Positions 34,503-44,253 of a stretch of DNA of 61,539 nucleotides are shown here, piece after piece. Source of the stretch: Candidatus Limnocylindria bacterium. GTDB taxonomy: Bacteria > Chloroflexota > Limnocylindria > Limnocylindrales > CSP1-4. The number at the start of each line of letters is the position of its first letter. Position 1 is the first letter of the stretch. A program made the position numbers and the translations under genes. The stretch lies in assembly GCA_035513775.1 (NCBI GenBank), contig DATKBR010000007.1, positions 1 to 61,539 on the forward strand. The letters are read 5' to 3'. A model generated the notes under the pieces. The model did no database searches and was not told the DNA's origin. It was given only the letters and a program-made list of their open reading frames with translations.

Positions 34503-36647
34503 CTACTGCAGGACGGGCAGGGCGCGGGAGCCGGGCTGGGTCGGGGCGAGGGATTCGGCGAGGAGCTCGGCGATGTCTATCGCGCGCACGGAGCCGCCGG
34601 TCCCGGATTGGGCCGCTTCGAGGCCGTCCTTCATCATCGTCATGCAGAACGGGCACTCGGTGGCCACCGTGGACGCCCCGGTGGAGAGCGCCTGGGCGGT
34701 CCGGGATTCGTTGATGCGCGTGCCGCGCGTCTCCTCCATCCACATGCGCCCGCCGCCGGCGCCGCAGCAGAACGTGTTCTTGCCTCGGTTGTCCATCTCG
34801 CGCAGCTCGATCCCCGGCACGGAGGCGAGAATCTCGCGGGGCTCCTCGACGATCCCGTTGTACCGGGTCAGGTAGCACGAGTCGTGCAGCGTCACCGAGC
34901 GGCCGGTGCCGCCGTCGCCGTTCGGTGCGGCGTCCGCATCCACGACCCGCAGCCGGCCACCGGCGAGCAGCTCACGCAGGTACGCCGCGTGGTGCACGAC
35001 CCGGAAGTTGCCGCCCATCTGGCCGTACTCGTTCCCGATGGAGTTGAAGCAGTGCGGGCACGCAGTCACGATCGTCCGCTCGCCCATCTGGTATCGATTG
35101 AGCGTCTCGATGTTGCCGGCAGCCAGCATCTGGAAGACGTAGTCGTTGCCCATGCGCCGCGCCGGGTCGCCGGTGCACGACTCCTCCTGGCCAAGGATCG
35201 CAAACGGGATCCCGGCCGCATCAAGGCACGTCGCGAAGGCGCGCGCCACCTTGCGGTTGCGCTCGTCGAACGCCGCCGCGCAGCCGACCCAGTACAGGAC
35301 CTCCAGGCTGCCGAGCTCGCCGCTTGCCGCGAGGTCGGCGACGAGCGGGACCTCGAACGGCAGGCCCTTCGTCCAGTCAGTGCGCGTCGTCGGCGGCTGG
35401 CCCCACGGGTTGCCGACGCCTTCCATGTTCCGGAACGCGCCGTTGAGCTCGGCCGGAAAGCGCGAGTCCTCCAGGACGAGGTTGCGGCGCAGCCCGACGA
35501 TCTTGTCGACGTGCTCGATGAGCACGGGGCAGGCCTCGACGCAGGCGCCGCAGGTCACGCAGTCCCACACCGCGTCGTACGGGATCGCGTTGTCGACGAT
35601 GGGCGAGAGCATGGCCTTCTCGTCGACCGCGTCGGTCAGCCCGAACGTCGCGGCAGAAGGCGAGTTCGGGATCAGCGGCAGGCCGTGCTCCGCCTCTGCC
35701 GACATGTCCCGGATGCCCATGATGAACGTCTTGGGATTGAGCGGCTTGCCCGTGTTCCAGGCCGGGCAGGCCTGCTGGCAGCGGCCGCACTCCGTGCACG
35801 TGAAGCCGTCGAGCAGGTCGTTCCAACCGAGGTCGGCGAGGGTGCGCAAGCCGAACGTCGCATCCTCGGCCTCGAGGTCCATCGCCGGCAGCTCGCCGCG
35901 CGGCGCGAGCTTGCGGAAGTAGATGTTGAAGAAGCTCGTGACGATGTGTAGGTGCTTGCTGAACGGGAGGTACACCAGGAATGCGGCGACGAGCGCCATG
36001 TGCGCCCACCACAGGACCCAGAACCCGGTCTCGAGCGCCTGCTGGCTCAGGCCCAGGCCACCGGCGCCGAGCTGCGCGGCGAGCCCCGCGGCGATGAACG
36101 CCCCTGGCTGGTCCTCGAACGCCGCGATCTCGAAGACCTGCGCGAACAGCTCGGCGGCGACGACGCCGCCGATCATGGCCAGGATGAGCAACGCGTCCAT
36201 GTTGTAGGTGAGGCGCGGCGGGCGCGAGATGAACCGGCGCTCGAAGGCCCACAGCACCGCGAGCAAAACCAGCACCGCGACGACGTTCTGCATCGCCAGC
36301 GTCGCGGCCCAGAGCAACCCGTCCAGCGGCCAGGAGACGACCGCCTGGAGCAACCCGCCCGTGACTATGTTGGCCGTGCCGACCGTGAGCAGGATGAAGC
36401 CCCAGAAGATCCCGAGGTGCAGGATCGCCGCGCGCGGATCCTTGAACATCTTCGTCTGGAGGAACGCGTACTGGACGAGGCCGGCGAGGCGTGCGGGGAT
36501 GTTCTCGAACGGGCTCGGGCCGGTGGCGCGCACCGCGGCGAAGACGCGCAGGTGGCGGGCCATCGCGAGCGCGAACAGGATCGCCGCGCCCCAGAACACG
36601 ACGAACACGAGTGGGTAGAACGGGACGTGCTCGAATATCTGATTCAC
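34503..36647 (-). CDS. FadF/EtfD-like membrane Fe-S oxidoreductase (NarI-like TM + 2x[4Fe-4S] + CCG domains)
   Basis: LPFSKHLH, CTECGRCQQACP, CVTCGACVEACP, WVGCA, CTGD, HDSCY, CCGAGGG, CPFC. Confidence 0.92.
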   Translation of the reverse strand: MNQIFEHVPFYPLVFVVFWGAAILFALAMARHLRVFAAVRATGPSPFENIPARLAGLVQYAFLQTKMFKDPRAAILHLGIFWGFILLTVGTANIVTGGLLQAVVSWPLDGLLWAATLAMQNVVAVLVLLAVLWAFERRFISRPPRLTYNMDALLILAMIGGVVAAELFAQVFEIAAFEDQPGAFIAAGLAAQLGAGGLGLSQQALETGFWVLWWAHMALVAAFLVYLPFSKHLHIVTSFFNIYFRKLAPRGELPAMDLEAEDATFGLRTLADLGWNDLLDGFTCTECGRCQQACPAWNTGKPLNPKTFIMGIRDMSAEAEHGLPLIPNSPSAATFGLTDAVDEKAMLSPIVDNAIPYDAVWDCVTCGACVEACPVLIEHVDKIVGLRRNLVLEDSRFPAELNGAFRNMEGVGNPWGQPPTTRTDWTKGLPFEVPLVADLAASGELGSLEVLYWVGCAAAFDERNRKVARAFATCLDAAGIPFAILGQEESCTGDPARRMGNDYVFQMLAAGNIETLNRYQMGERTIVTACPHCFNSIGNEYGQMGGNFRVVHHAAYLRELLAGGRLRVVDADAAPNGDGGTGRSVTLHDSCYLTRYNGIVEEPREILASVPGIELREMDNRGKNTFCCGAGGGRMWMEETRGTRINESRTAQALSTGASTVATECPFCMTMMKDGLEAAQSGTGGSVRAIDIAELLAESLAPTQPGSRALPVLQ

Positions 36648-37201
36648 GGCAGCTCGGGATCGGGCAGGTCCGGGCGGCCTGCTCCGCCGGCACCGGCGGC
36701 GTCGTGGTCGAATGGGCCGCCGAGGGTCTCGAGCGCGTGATGGAGCGTCGGCTCCAGCGCCTCCAGGGACTCCAGCGCGCCGCGCGGGCTGCCCGGCACG
36801 TTGACGATCAGCGTCCCGGCGAGGACGCCCACGACGCCTCGCGACAGATCAGCCATCGGCGTCTTGGCGCGGCCGGAGGCGCGAATCGCCTCTGCCAGGC
36901 CCGGGACCTCGTAGTCGATCACGGCGAGCGTCGCCTGCGGCGTCACGTCGCGCGGCGTGAGCCCGGTGCCGCCGGTCGTGACGATGAGGGCATGATCCCG
37001 AACGCCGACCGTGACCGCCGCCTCGATTGCGGGCTGCTCGTCGGGTACCGCGGCGCGATCGACCGCGAAGCCGAGTGGCTTCAGGCGGCCTGCGAGGGCG
37101 TCGCCCGAGTCGTCCTCGCGCGTCCCGGCCGCGACGCCGTCGCTGACCGTGATCACGAGCGCGCGCGTCCCCTCGGGCATGGTTGGGTGGTCGTGGGCCA
37201 C
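36644..37201 (-). CDS. mog: Molybdopterin adenylyltransferase MogA/MoaB
   Basis: VITVSD, REDDSG, TTGGTGLTPRDVTPQA, NVPGSP; GTG 37201 with GAGG RBS (alternative 37180). Confidence 0.92.
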   Translation of the reverse strand: MAHDHPTMPEGTRALVITVSDGVAAGTREDDSGDALAGRLKPLGFAVDRAAVPDEQPAIEAAVTVGVRDHALIVTTGGTGLTPRDVTPQATLAVIDYEVPGLAEAIRASGRAKTPMADLSRGVVGVLAGTLIVNVPGSPRGALESLEALEPTLHHALETLGGPFDHDAAGAGGAGRPDLPDPELP

Positions 37202-37205
37202 CGCC

Positions 37206-37832
37206 TCAGCCCTTCTTGCGAATGCGGCCGGCGACACGCTCGCCGGGACGTCGCGGCCGCGCCAGCGGAGGTCCCCCGGCGGCTTGACCGGGTGCATCCG
37301 CGGGCCTGTGCCATTCGCCGCTCTGGCCGCCGGACTTCGAGACGAGGTGGACCGAGCGGATCTCCACCCCGCGCTCGACGCCCTTGACCATGTCGTAGGC
37401 GGTGAGGGCGGCGACTGAGGCCGCGGTGAGCGCCTCCATCTCGACGCCGGTCGGCCCGACGGTGGCGGCTTCGGCGCGGATGCGCAGCCCGCCGGCGACG
37501 CGATCGGGAGTGACGGTCACGAGAAGGTCCGTGAGCGCGAGCGGGTGGCAGAGAGGGATCAGGTCCGAGGTCCGCTTGCCGCCCATCACGCCCGCCAGCT
37601 CTGCGGCCGACAGGACATCGCCCTTCGCCGAGCGGCCGTCGATCACCAGGCTGAGCGTCTCGGGGCTCATCGTCACGAACGCCTCCGCGACGGCGCGACG
37701 GGCGGTCGGCGGCTTCGCGCTCACGTCGACCATGCGCGGGCGGCCCGTCCGATCGACGTGGGTCAGGCGGCGGCGCTCGGCGCGCGGGGCGGGGCCGGGG
37801 CAGCGCTCCATCTTGGGCGCAATGCTACCCAT
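37206..37832 (-). CDS. moaC: Cyclic pyranopterin monophosphate synthase MoaC (start uncertain)
   Basis: LTHVD..G..RMVDVSAK, KRTSDLIPLCHP, TGVEMEALT, YDMVK, KSGG. Confidence 0.94.
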   Translation of the reverse strand: MGSIAPKMERCPGPAPRAERRRLTHVDRTGRPRMVDVSAKPPTARRAVAEAFVTMSPETLSLVIDGRSAKGDVLSAAELAGVMGGKRTSDLIPLCHPLALTDLLVTVTPDRVAGGLRIRAEAATVGPTGVEMEALTAASVAALTAYDMVKGVERGVEIRSVHLVSKSGGQSGEWHRPADAPGQAAGGPPLARPRRPGERVAGRIRKKG

Positions 37833-37837
37833 CTCGC

Positions 37838-39172
37838 CTACGCGGGGTCGAGCCACCAGAGCTGGACCGCATCGCCTGCCGGATGCGTCTCGACCGATTC
37901 AGGCACGACCGCCAGCGCATCCGCCGCTGCGAGCGCGGACAGGACGTGACTCCCCTGCCCTGCCGGGCCATGGGCGAGACGCACCTGGACGCGGCCTTCG
38001 GCGTCACGCACCGGGGCGCCGTCCGAATCTCGCTCCGTGGTGACGCGCAGGAACGCTCGCCGCCCGGGTGCGGTCCGAACCTCATCGAGGAGCACCGCGC
38101 GGTCGACCGGGCGCAGCAGGTCACGCCGGCCCTCCAGAGCACGGATTGCGGGGCGAACGAAGAGCTCGAAGGTCACGAAGCTGGACACCGGGTTGCCCGG
38201 CAGGCCGAACAGGAGCGCTCGACCCCCGGCCGCCCGCGCCGCCGTCCCGAATGCGAACGGCTTGCCCGGCTGGACCGCGACGCGCCACAGCCCGATCTCA
38301 CCGACCGTCTCGAAGGCGAGCTTGACTACGTCGAACGGCCCGACCGAGACGCCGCCCGCGACGACGATCGCGTCGGCCCCCTCGTCGAGCACCGCACGCA
38401 GGCGGGCGACAACCGCGTCGAGCTCGTCGGGGGCGATGCCGAGGTCGATGGGTCCTGCGCCGGCGTTCGTGACGAGGGCGCGGAGGCCGGGTCCGTTCGC
38501 GTCGGGGATGCCGGCCGGTCCGAGGTCCGCGCCCGCGGGCCGCACCTCGTTGCCGGTCGCGAGGACCGCAACGCGGGGCCGCCGGCGCACGTGCAGGCTC
38601 GCAAGTCCGGCGCCGGCGGCGAGGGCCACCGCGGCCGGGGTCATCGCGGAGCCGGAGGCGAGAATCGCCGCTCCCTCCGTCAGGTCCGTGCCGCGCCGCC
38701 GGATGTGCGCGCCCGCGGAGACGGCGGCGTGCATCAGGATCGCGCTCGGCACGGGCCCCACCGCGTCCCGCCCGCGCGGGCCGGCAACGCCGGCGGCATC
38801 GAGCGGCGTCGTCTGCTCGACCGGGACCACCGCGTCAGCACCCGGCGGGATCGGCGCCCCGGTCGCGATGCGAATCGCGTTCCCGTGCTCCACGCGGCCA
38901 TCGGACTCGCCGCCTGCGGGCACATCACCACTGACGACGAGCCGGACCGGGGCGTCCTCTGCCGCGCCGGCAACGTCCGCGGCCAGGATCGCGTAGCCGT
39001 CCATCGCCGAGTTGTCCCACGGCGGGAGCGTGACGGCGGCGATCACCTCGCGTGCAAGCACGCGGCCAAGGGACCGGTCGACTGCGACGACCTCCTCCGG
39101 GAGCGGCCCGCCGATACCGGCGAGCACCGCCGCCCTCGCCGCCTCGACGCTGTGCATCTGCTCCCCGCTCAT
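37838..39172 (-). CDS. moeA: Molybdopterin molybdotransferase MoeA
   Basis: LPPWDNSAMDGYA, RIATGAPIP, ATGNE, GGVSVG, VQPGKP, GLPGNPVS. Confidence 0.95.
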   Translation of the reverse strand: MSGEQMHSVEAARAAVLAGIGGPLPEEVVAVDRSLGRVLAREVIAAVTLPPWDNSAMDGYAILAADVAGAAEDAPVRLVVSGDVPAGGESDGRVEHGNAIRIATGAPIPPGADAVVPVEQTTPLDAAGVAGPRGRDAVGPVPSAILMHAAVSAGAHIRRRGTDLTEGAAILASGSAMTPAAVALAAGAGLASLHVRRRPRVAVLATGNEVRPAGADLGPAGIPDANGPGLRALVTNAGAGPIDLGIAPDELDAVVARLRAVLDEGADAIVVAGGVSVGPFDVVKLAFETVGEIGLWRVAVQPGKPFAFGTAARAAGGRALLFGLPGNPVSSFVTFELFVRPAIRALEGRRDLLRPVDRAVLLDEVRTAPGRRAFLRVTTERDSDGAPVRDAEGRVQVRLAHGPAGQGSHVLSALAAADALAVVPESVETHPAGDAVQLWWLDPA

Positions 39173-40308
39173 ACGGCGGGCGGGACGGGATCCTTGAGCT
39201 CCGCGGATCGCTCGCCGATGAACCGCCCGATCCCCCGCTTCGTGAGCATCCCGAGCAGGCGCCCGTCCTCGAGCACGGGCAGCCCGTCGAGGCCCGCGTG
39301 GAAGATCCGCTCGAGGCCCTGCTTCAGCGGCTCCGTAGGCGAGAGGAAGGTCAGCTTCGGCGGCTTCGCCATGACGTCCTCGACGCGGGTCTTGGCCCAG
39401 TCGCTGCGCCGGATCCGGCGCACCTGGCCGGCGCCCAGGAGGCCGACGATCGAGTCGCCATCGAGAACCGGCACGGCGAAGACTGGGGTCTCCCCGTCGA
39501 GCAGCTGTGCCGCGAAGGTGTCGACGGTGAGGTTCGGCGAGACGGTAAGCGGGTCGGGATCCATCGCGTCGCTCACGACGTGCCCGCCCACGAGGTCGTC
39601 CAGCCGCACCCGATCCTTCACGGAGTTGGCGGACAGCACCAGGAACCAGCCCGTGAGCGCGATCATCGCGCCGGTGATGTCGCCCTGGGCGACCAATAGG
39701 GTGATCCCGACGCCGATGACCACGAGGCCCGTGAATCGGCCGGTCCGTGCAGCCGTGCGCCAGCCGGTCCGCTCCGAGCCCGTCCGGCGCCAGGCGAGGT
39801 CGCGGATGAGCCGGCCGCCGTCGAGCGGATATGCCGGGACGAGGTTGACGAGTCCGAGCACGATGTTCAGGAAGCCAAGGACCGCCATGACGCCGGCGAC
39901 CGCCCCGAATCCGCCGATCGCGATCGCGCCGCCCATGAGGCCGAAGAACACGCCACCGAGCGCGAGGCTCGCGAGCGGTCCCGAAGCCGCGATCACGGCG
40001 TCATCGCCGGGCCTGGGCGAGCTCGGGTCCAGGGGCGTGGCGCCGCCGAAGAACGAGATGGCGATCGACTTCACCTCGACGCCGCGGCGCCGCGCGACGA
40101 GCGCGTGGGCCATGTCGTGCCACACGGAGCTGACGAAGAAGCCTAGGGCCACGACACCGCCCAGCAACCACGCAACCGCGTCCGAGAGCCCGGGCTCCAC
40201 CTCGTTCAGCTGGCCGACCGCGATCACCGCCACGAGGGCGAGGACGACGACCCAGCTGTATTGGACCCGGATCTCGATGCCGAAGATCCGCGCGATCGGG
40301 ATGCCCAT
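39169..40308 (-). CDS. M50 site-2 protease with CBS pair; HDxxH instead of HExxH
   Basis: IFGIEIRV, HDMAH, LFGG-like FFGG, IAASGP, NLVPAYPLDGG; C-terminal CBS repeats. Confidence 0.9.
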   Translation of the reverse strand: MGIPIARIFGIEIRVQYSWVVVLALVAVIAVGQLNEVEPGLSDAVAWLLGGVVALGFFVSSVWHDMAHALVARRRGVEVKSIAISFFGGATPLDPSSPRPGDDAVIAASGPLASLALGGVFFGLMGGAIAIGGFGAVAGVMAVLGFLNIVLGLVNLVPAYPLDGGRLIRDLAWRRTGSERTGWRTAARTGRFTGLVVIGVGITLLVAQGDITGAMIALTGWFLVLSANSVKDRVRLDDLVGGHVVSDAMDPDPLTVSPNLTVDTFAAQLLDGETPVFAVPVLDGDSIVGLLGAGQVRRIRRSDWAKTRVEDVMAKPPKLTFLSPTEPLKQGLERIFHAGLDGLPVLEDGRLLGMLTKRGIGRFIGERSAELKDPVPPAV

Positions 40309-41024
40309 CAGGTCGGCACCTGCGAGGTCGTGAGGCCGCGCATGGACTCCGGGGCCCCGACCCGGCGCGACCGCCGGCCCGCCAGCCACGCGGTGAGAAT
40401 CGACACTCCCAGCACAACGACGCCTACCGCGATCGAGATCTCGGACCAGAACTGCATCGGGAAGAGCTGGACGAGGCGGTCCGTCGCCGGGTTGAACGTG
40501 TACGTGCCGCTGCTGAAGAACAGGCGGTGGAACACCTCGAATGCGGCCTCGAAGGCGAGCACCGCGAAGGCGCCCACGACCGCGATGCCGATGGCCAGCG
40601 CGCGGGCGCCACTCGCAACGGAGCGCCACACAGCGGCCCTCGCTTCCGTGCCGCGTGCCCGCCGGAATGCCAGCGCGAGCCCGATCACGCCGGCGGCGAC
40701 GAGCAGCCAGAACCCGGTGAACACGCCGCGCACGTCGCGCATGTGGGCCTGCTCGGCTGCGGTGAGAACGTAGCCGCCCCGCCTCCCGTCCACGAGAAGC
40801 TCCGCGTCGACGTTGAAGTCGCCGCGCCACAGGACCAGGTCACCCAGGAGGGCGCCGGTGATGGCGTCCAGCTCCGTGCGCGAGTAGCCCGTCAATGCGC
40901 CCACGCCTGCGCGATCCTGCTCGAACCGGACGGCTGCCGGGGTCAGGAATGGCGCGATCGAGGCGCCAAGGATCACTACCGCCGCGGCGGCTGCCACCAG
41001 CCAACCCCCGAACCGCGTGCCCAT
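40308..41024 (-). CDS. DUF1461/TIGR01906 membrane protein (lipoprotein intramolecular transacylase Lit-like)
   Basis: EQAHMRDVRGVF and FEVFHRLFF...F.P..D.LVQLFP..FW; four TM helices. Confidence 0.8.
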   Translation of the reverse strand: MGTRFGGWLVAAAAAVVILGASIAPFLTPAAVRFEQDRAGVGALTGYSRTELDAITGALLGDLVLWRGDFNVDAELLVDGRRGGYVLTAAEQAHMRDVRGVFTGFWLLVAAGVIGLALAFRRARGTEARAAVWRSVASGARALAIGIAVVGAFAVLAFEAAFEVFHRLFFSSGTYTFNPATDRLVQLFPMQFWSEISIAVGVVVLGVSILTAWLAGRRSRRVGAPESMRGLTTSQVPT

Positions 41025-41410
41025 TACTCGGCCTGCGTGTGGGCCTGGTCCCACCAACCCTCGATCGTCAGATCGGACGGCGGCTCCATCTTCAGCTCCT
41101 GCGCGCCGCGGAGGATTCGCTCGCGGAATCCCGCGAGGTCCACCTCGAGGACGTCGCGCAAGCCCTCGAACCCGCTCTGACTCAGGAGCAGATGCTCGGC
41201 CGGTCCGAAGCCCGCGAAGTTGAGCATCTGCGCCTCGTCCCGCCATACGAGGACGTCGTTCGTCGATGCGTCGAGCTGATCGGCGAGGTACTGGCGCCGC
41301 GTGGGCGTCTCGGTGACCTCGAGCAGCAAGCCGGTCGTGAAGATCCCCTGCCGCTGCAGGCGGTCCAGGTAGATGGGCTCGATTCGGATCAACTCTTCGA
41401 TGGGCGGCAC
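41024..41410 (-). CDS. DUF4332-like protein
   Basis: IEELIRIEPIYLDRLQRQGI.T...LL...TP..R..LA helix-hairpin-helix-like repeat pattern. Confidence 0.7.
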   Translation of the reverse strand: MPPIEELIRIEPIYLDRLQRQGIFTTGLLLEVTETPTRRQYLADQLDASTNDVLVWRDEAQMLNFAGFGPAEHLLLSQSGFEGLRDVLEVDLAGFRERILRGAQELKMEPPSDLTIEGWWDQAHTQAE

Positions 41411-41416
41411 TCGGCG

Positions 41417-41422
41417 ATGATA
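41417..41422 (-). promoter_or_regulatory. -10 box TATCAT, leaderless geometry
   Basis: 6 nt upstream of GTG 41410. Confidence 0.6.
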
Positions 41423-41527
41423 GGTGAAGCGCCGGGATCGTCGACGCGCCGACGGCGGCGCCTCGCGCCCGTGATGACGCCCCGACCCACCGCGGGCCGG
41501 GGCTTCGTGGCTGCCAGGCGGCCGAGC

Positions 41528-41980
41528 CTATGCCCGGCCAGGAACGCGGATCACGGGGCAGACGAACGACTTGACCGGGTCGCCGATCGTGAGATCGCCC
41601 GCCAGCGCCGCGGCGAGAGTATCCGCGTCGTTGGTGTACTGGACCGGCGTGACGCCGTCGGCCCAGGTGACCGGGTACACCAGCCAGCGGCCACCGTTGA
41701 AGTCGGTGTCGCCCGGCTTCGCCTCGGCCACGTTGTCGAGGCCTTCACCGAGGGCATAGATGGCGTCGTAGGTGGACGCGGGCGCGCCCGTGCCGAACAG
41801 GTCGGTTGGCGTGCCGACCGTCCGATACTGCACGTCGTCGACGTAGAACGCGGGGCCCGGCGGGCCGCCGGCTAGCGCGCCGCTGGCGCCGATGGATGCG
41901 AGCAGGGCAACGGCGGCCGCGCCGGCGCCGGCGCGACGAGCGAGCTTCGAGCCCGCGACCCTCGAACCGAGAATGCGCAT
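41528..41980 (-). CDS. Small secreted hypothetical protein
   Basis: Signal peptide ending ALA-GGPP; mature domain YRTVGTPTD...NVAEAKPGD.DFNGGRW...FVCPVI. Confidence 0.8.
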   Translation of the reverse strand: MRILGSRVAGSKLARRAGAGAAAVALLASIGASGALAGGPPGPAFYVDDVQYRTVGTPTDLFGTGAPASTYDAIYALGEGLDNVAEAKPGDTDFNGGRWLVYPVTWADGVTPVQYTNDADTLAAALAGDLTIGDPVKSFVCPVIRVPGRA

Positions 41981-42133
41981 CGTGGGGGTTCTCCATGCCG
42001 GCATCCGGAGGCCGCCGGTCTGGCCGCCCGACGCTCTCGCCGGGCACTTGACCACGATCCCGATGCGCGGCGACCCACCGATGACCCGCGGTCATCGCGC
42101 CGTCACGGTTGTCGGCGACCCTCGCCGGACCCC

Positions 42134-42889
42134 ATGATGCTGTTCATGCCCCGGCCGGACGCCCCCATCCTCGTCGTCGACGACGACCCGAAGATCGTCG
42201 CCCTCGTTCGCACGTACCTGGAGCGCGAGCGCTTCTCCGTGATCACGGCGGCGGACGGTCATGCCGCGCTGCGCGCGATCGAGGATTCCGGTCCGAGGCT
42301 GGTCGTCCTGGACATGATGCTGCCGGGCCTTGACGGCCTCGCCGTGATCCGCCGGGCGCGGGCGATGGGCGAGACGCCGATCCTGGTGCTCTCGGCGCGG
42401 GGATCCACGGGCGACCGGATCCTGGGCCTCAGCGAAGGCGCGGACGACTACCTCGCCAAGCCATTCTCGCCCGCGGAGCTCGTGGTTCGGGTCAGGACGA
42501 TCCTCCGCCGAAGCGAGCGGCCGCTCAGCGAAACCCTGGGGCCGGACGAGCAGTTCGTGTGCGGCGATCTCGTCGTGGACGCGGGCCGGCACGAGGCGCG
42601 GATCCGCGGTCAGCGCATCGATCTCAGCGCCCTCGAGCTTCGGCTGCTCGCGACGCTGCTCGACGGGGACGGCCGCGCGCTCAGCCGCAACCAGCTGCTG
42701 GACGGCATCCATGGGACCAGCGAGGGCGAGGTGCTGGACCGGGCGATCGACGTCTACATCAAGCGCCTTCGGGAGAAGCTCGGCGACGACGCGAACGCGC
42801 CGCGTTACGTCGCCACGGTTCGAGGCGTCGGCTACCGCGCGGCGGGGCGGGTGGAACGGCGCCGGACGCCGGCAGGCTCCGGCCTGTGA
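42134..42889 (+). CDS. OmpR-family response regulator
   Basis: ILVVDDD, LVVLDMMLPG, ADDYLAKPF, winged helix ending TVRGVGYR. Confidence 0.95.
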   Translation: MMLFMPRPDAPILVVDDDPKIVALVRTYLERERFSVITAADGHAALRAIEDSGPRLVVLDMMLPGLDGLAVIRRARAMGETPILVLSARGSTGDRILGLSEGADDYLAKPFSPAELVVRVRTILRRSERPLSETLGPDEQFVCGDLVVDAGRHEARIRGQRIDLSALELRLLATLLDGDGRALSRNQLLDGIHGTSEGEVLDRAIDVYIKRLREKLGDDANAPRYVATVRGVGYRAAGRVERRRTPAGSGL

Positions 42890-43944
42890 GGCTCGACGGG
42901 ATCGCTACCCGCATCGCCGTGGCCGCGATCGCGGTCGTGGCGGTGGCGATGGCGATCCTCGCGGTCGGCGTCATGCGCGTCGGCGCCGATGCGTTCGCGG
43001 CCATGATGGTGGCCGCTGGCGACTCGGCCGAGCACGCAGGCGAGATGTTCGAGGCCAGCGTCGTCGGCGTCTTCGCGGTCGCGGCACTGGTCGCCGCGAT
43101 CGCGGCCGTCATCCTCGGATCCGTCCTTGCCCGCCGCATCGCCCACCCCATCCAGCGACTCGCCGACGCGACGCAGCGCACCGCCGAGGGGGACCTGCGC
43201 GCCACGGCGCCCGTCGAGGGCCCCGCCGAGGTACGGGCACTCGCCAATGCCTTCAACGTGATGGTCGACCGGCTCGCGGAGCAGGATGCGGTCCGTCGCG
43301 AGTTCGTGGTGAACGCCTCGCACGAGCTGCGCACCCCGCTCACGAACCTCCAGGGCTACCTGGAGGCCCTCCGCGACGGCGTCCTCCCGCCCGACCCGGC
43401 GACGTTCGACTCGCTGCGCGAGGAGGTCGACCGCCTCACCCGCCTCGCCGCCTCCCTCGACCTGCTCGCCGGCGCCGATGACGATCGGCCGATGCCCGAG
43501 GACCTCGACCTGGCTGCCCTCGTTCGATCGAGCCTGGAGCTCACCGCGCCGTCGTTCGGCCGGCGCTCGATCTCGGTGGATTCGTCGATCTCGCCGGGGG
43601 TCGTCGTGCACGCGCGCTCCGACGAGCTGGCCCAGGTCGTCTCGAACCTGCTCCAGAACGCCCTCCGGTACACGCCCGCGGGCGGAGATGTCCGCGTGGA
43701 GGTGGCGCGACACGAGGGCCACGCGGTAGTTCGCGTCGGCAACAGCGGCAGCGAGATCCCGCCCGACGACCTTCCGCGCGTGTGGGAGCGCTTCTTCCGC
43801 GTCGAGCGGTCGCGCGATCGGTCGTCCGGTGGCGCCGGGATCGGGCTCGCGATCGTGAAGCGCCTCGTGGAGGATGCCGGCGGCCGGGTCGGCGCGAGCT
43901 CAGAGGGCGGCGTCACCACGTTCTGGTTCAGCCTCCCGAGCTGA
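42886..43944 (+). CDS. HAMP sensor histidine kinase (BaeS-like)
   Basis: Two TM helices, HAMP, NASHELRTPL, NLLQNALRYT, FFRVE, GAGIGLAIV; GTGA overlap. Confidence 0.95.
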   Translation: MRLDGIATRIAVAAIAVVAVAMAILAVGVMRVGADAFAAMMVAAGDSAEHAGEMFEASVVGVFAVAALVAAIAAVILGSVLARRIAHPIQRLADATQRTAEGDLRATAPVEGPAEVRALANAFNVMVDRLAEQDAVRREFVVNASHELRTPLTNLQGYLEALRDGVLPPDPATFDSLREEVDRLTRLAASLDLLAGADDDRPMPEDLDLAALVRSSLELTAPSFGRRSISVDSSISPGVVVHARSDELAQVVSNLLQNALRYTPAGGDVRVEVARHEGHAVVRVGNSGSEIPPDDLPRVWERFFRVERSRDRSSGGAGIGLAIVKRLVEDAGGRVGASSEGGVTTFWFSLPS

Positions 43945-44028
43945 CCGTCGGGTTAGTTGCCTCGGGCCGCGTGGTGAAAGGCGCCCACAATCGGGGCCCG
44001 GAGACCATGCCTTCAATAGGAGGCAGCA

Positions 44029-44214
44029 ATGGCAGAACGAGAACTCATCGACACGGGCACTGACAAGCGCTACGTCCGCCGCGACAAGGACGGGCAGTTC
44101 AAGGAGTCGGTCGACGTCGGTCGCTCGCACCGCCAGGACCAGCAGCGCGATTCCCGCAAGGACAACCCCGGAGGTCAGGGCGATCGCGGCGACCGCGAAA
44201 CTCGCAAGTCGTAG
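44029..44214 (+). CDS. Small charged conserved hypothetical protein
   Basis: AGGAGG RBS; MAERELIDTGTDKRYVRRD..GQFKESVDVGRS...GQGDRGD resembles a widespread small-protein family. Confidence 0.8.
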   Translation: MAERELIDTGTDKRYVRRDKDGQFKESVDVGRSHRQDQQRDSRKDNPGGQGDRGDRETRKS

Positions 44215-44253
44215 CGCAGGCCCCATGGCCGCTGCGGCTGCGACCTTCCGCGG

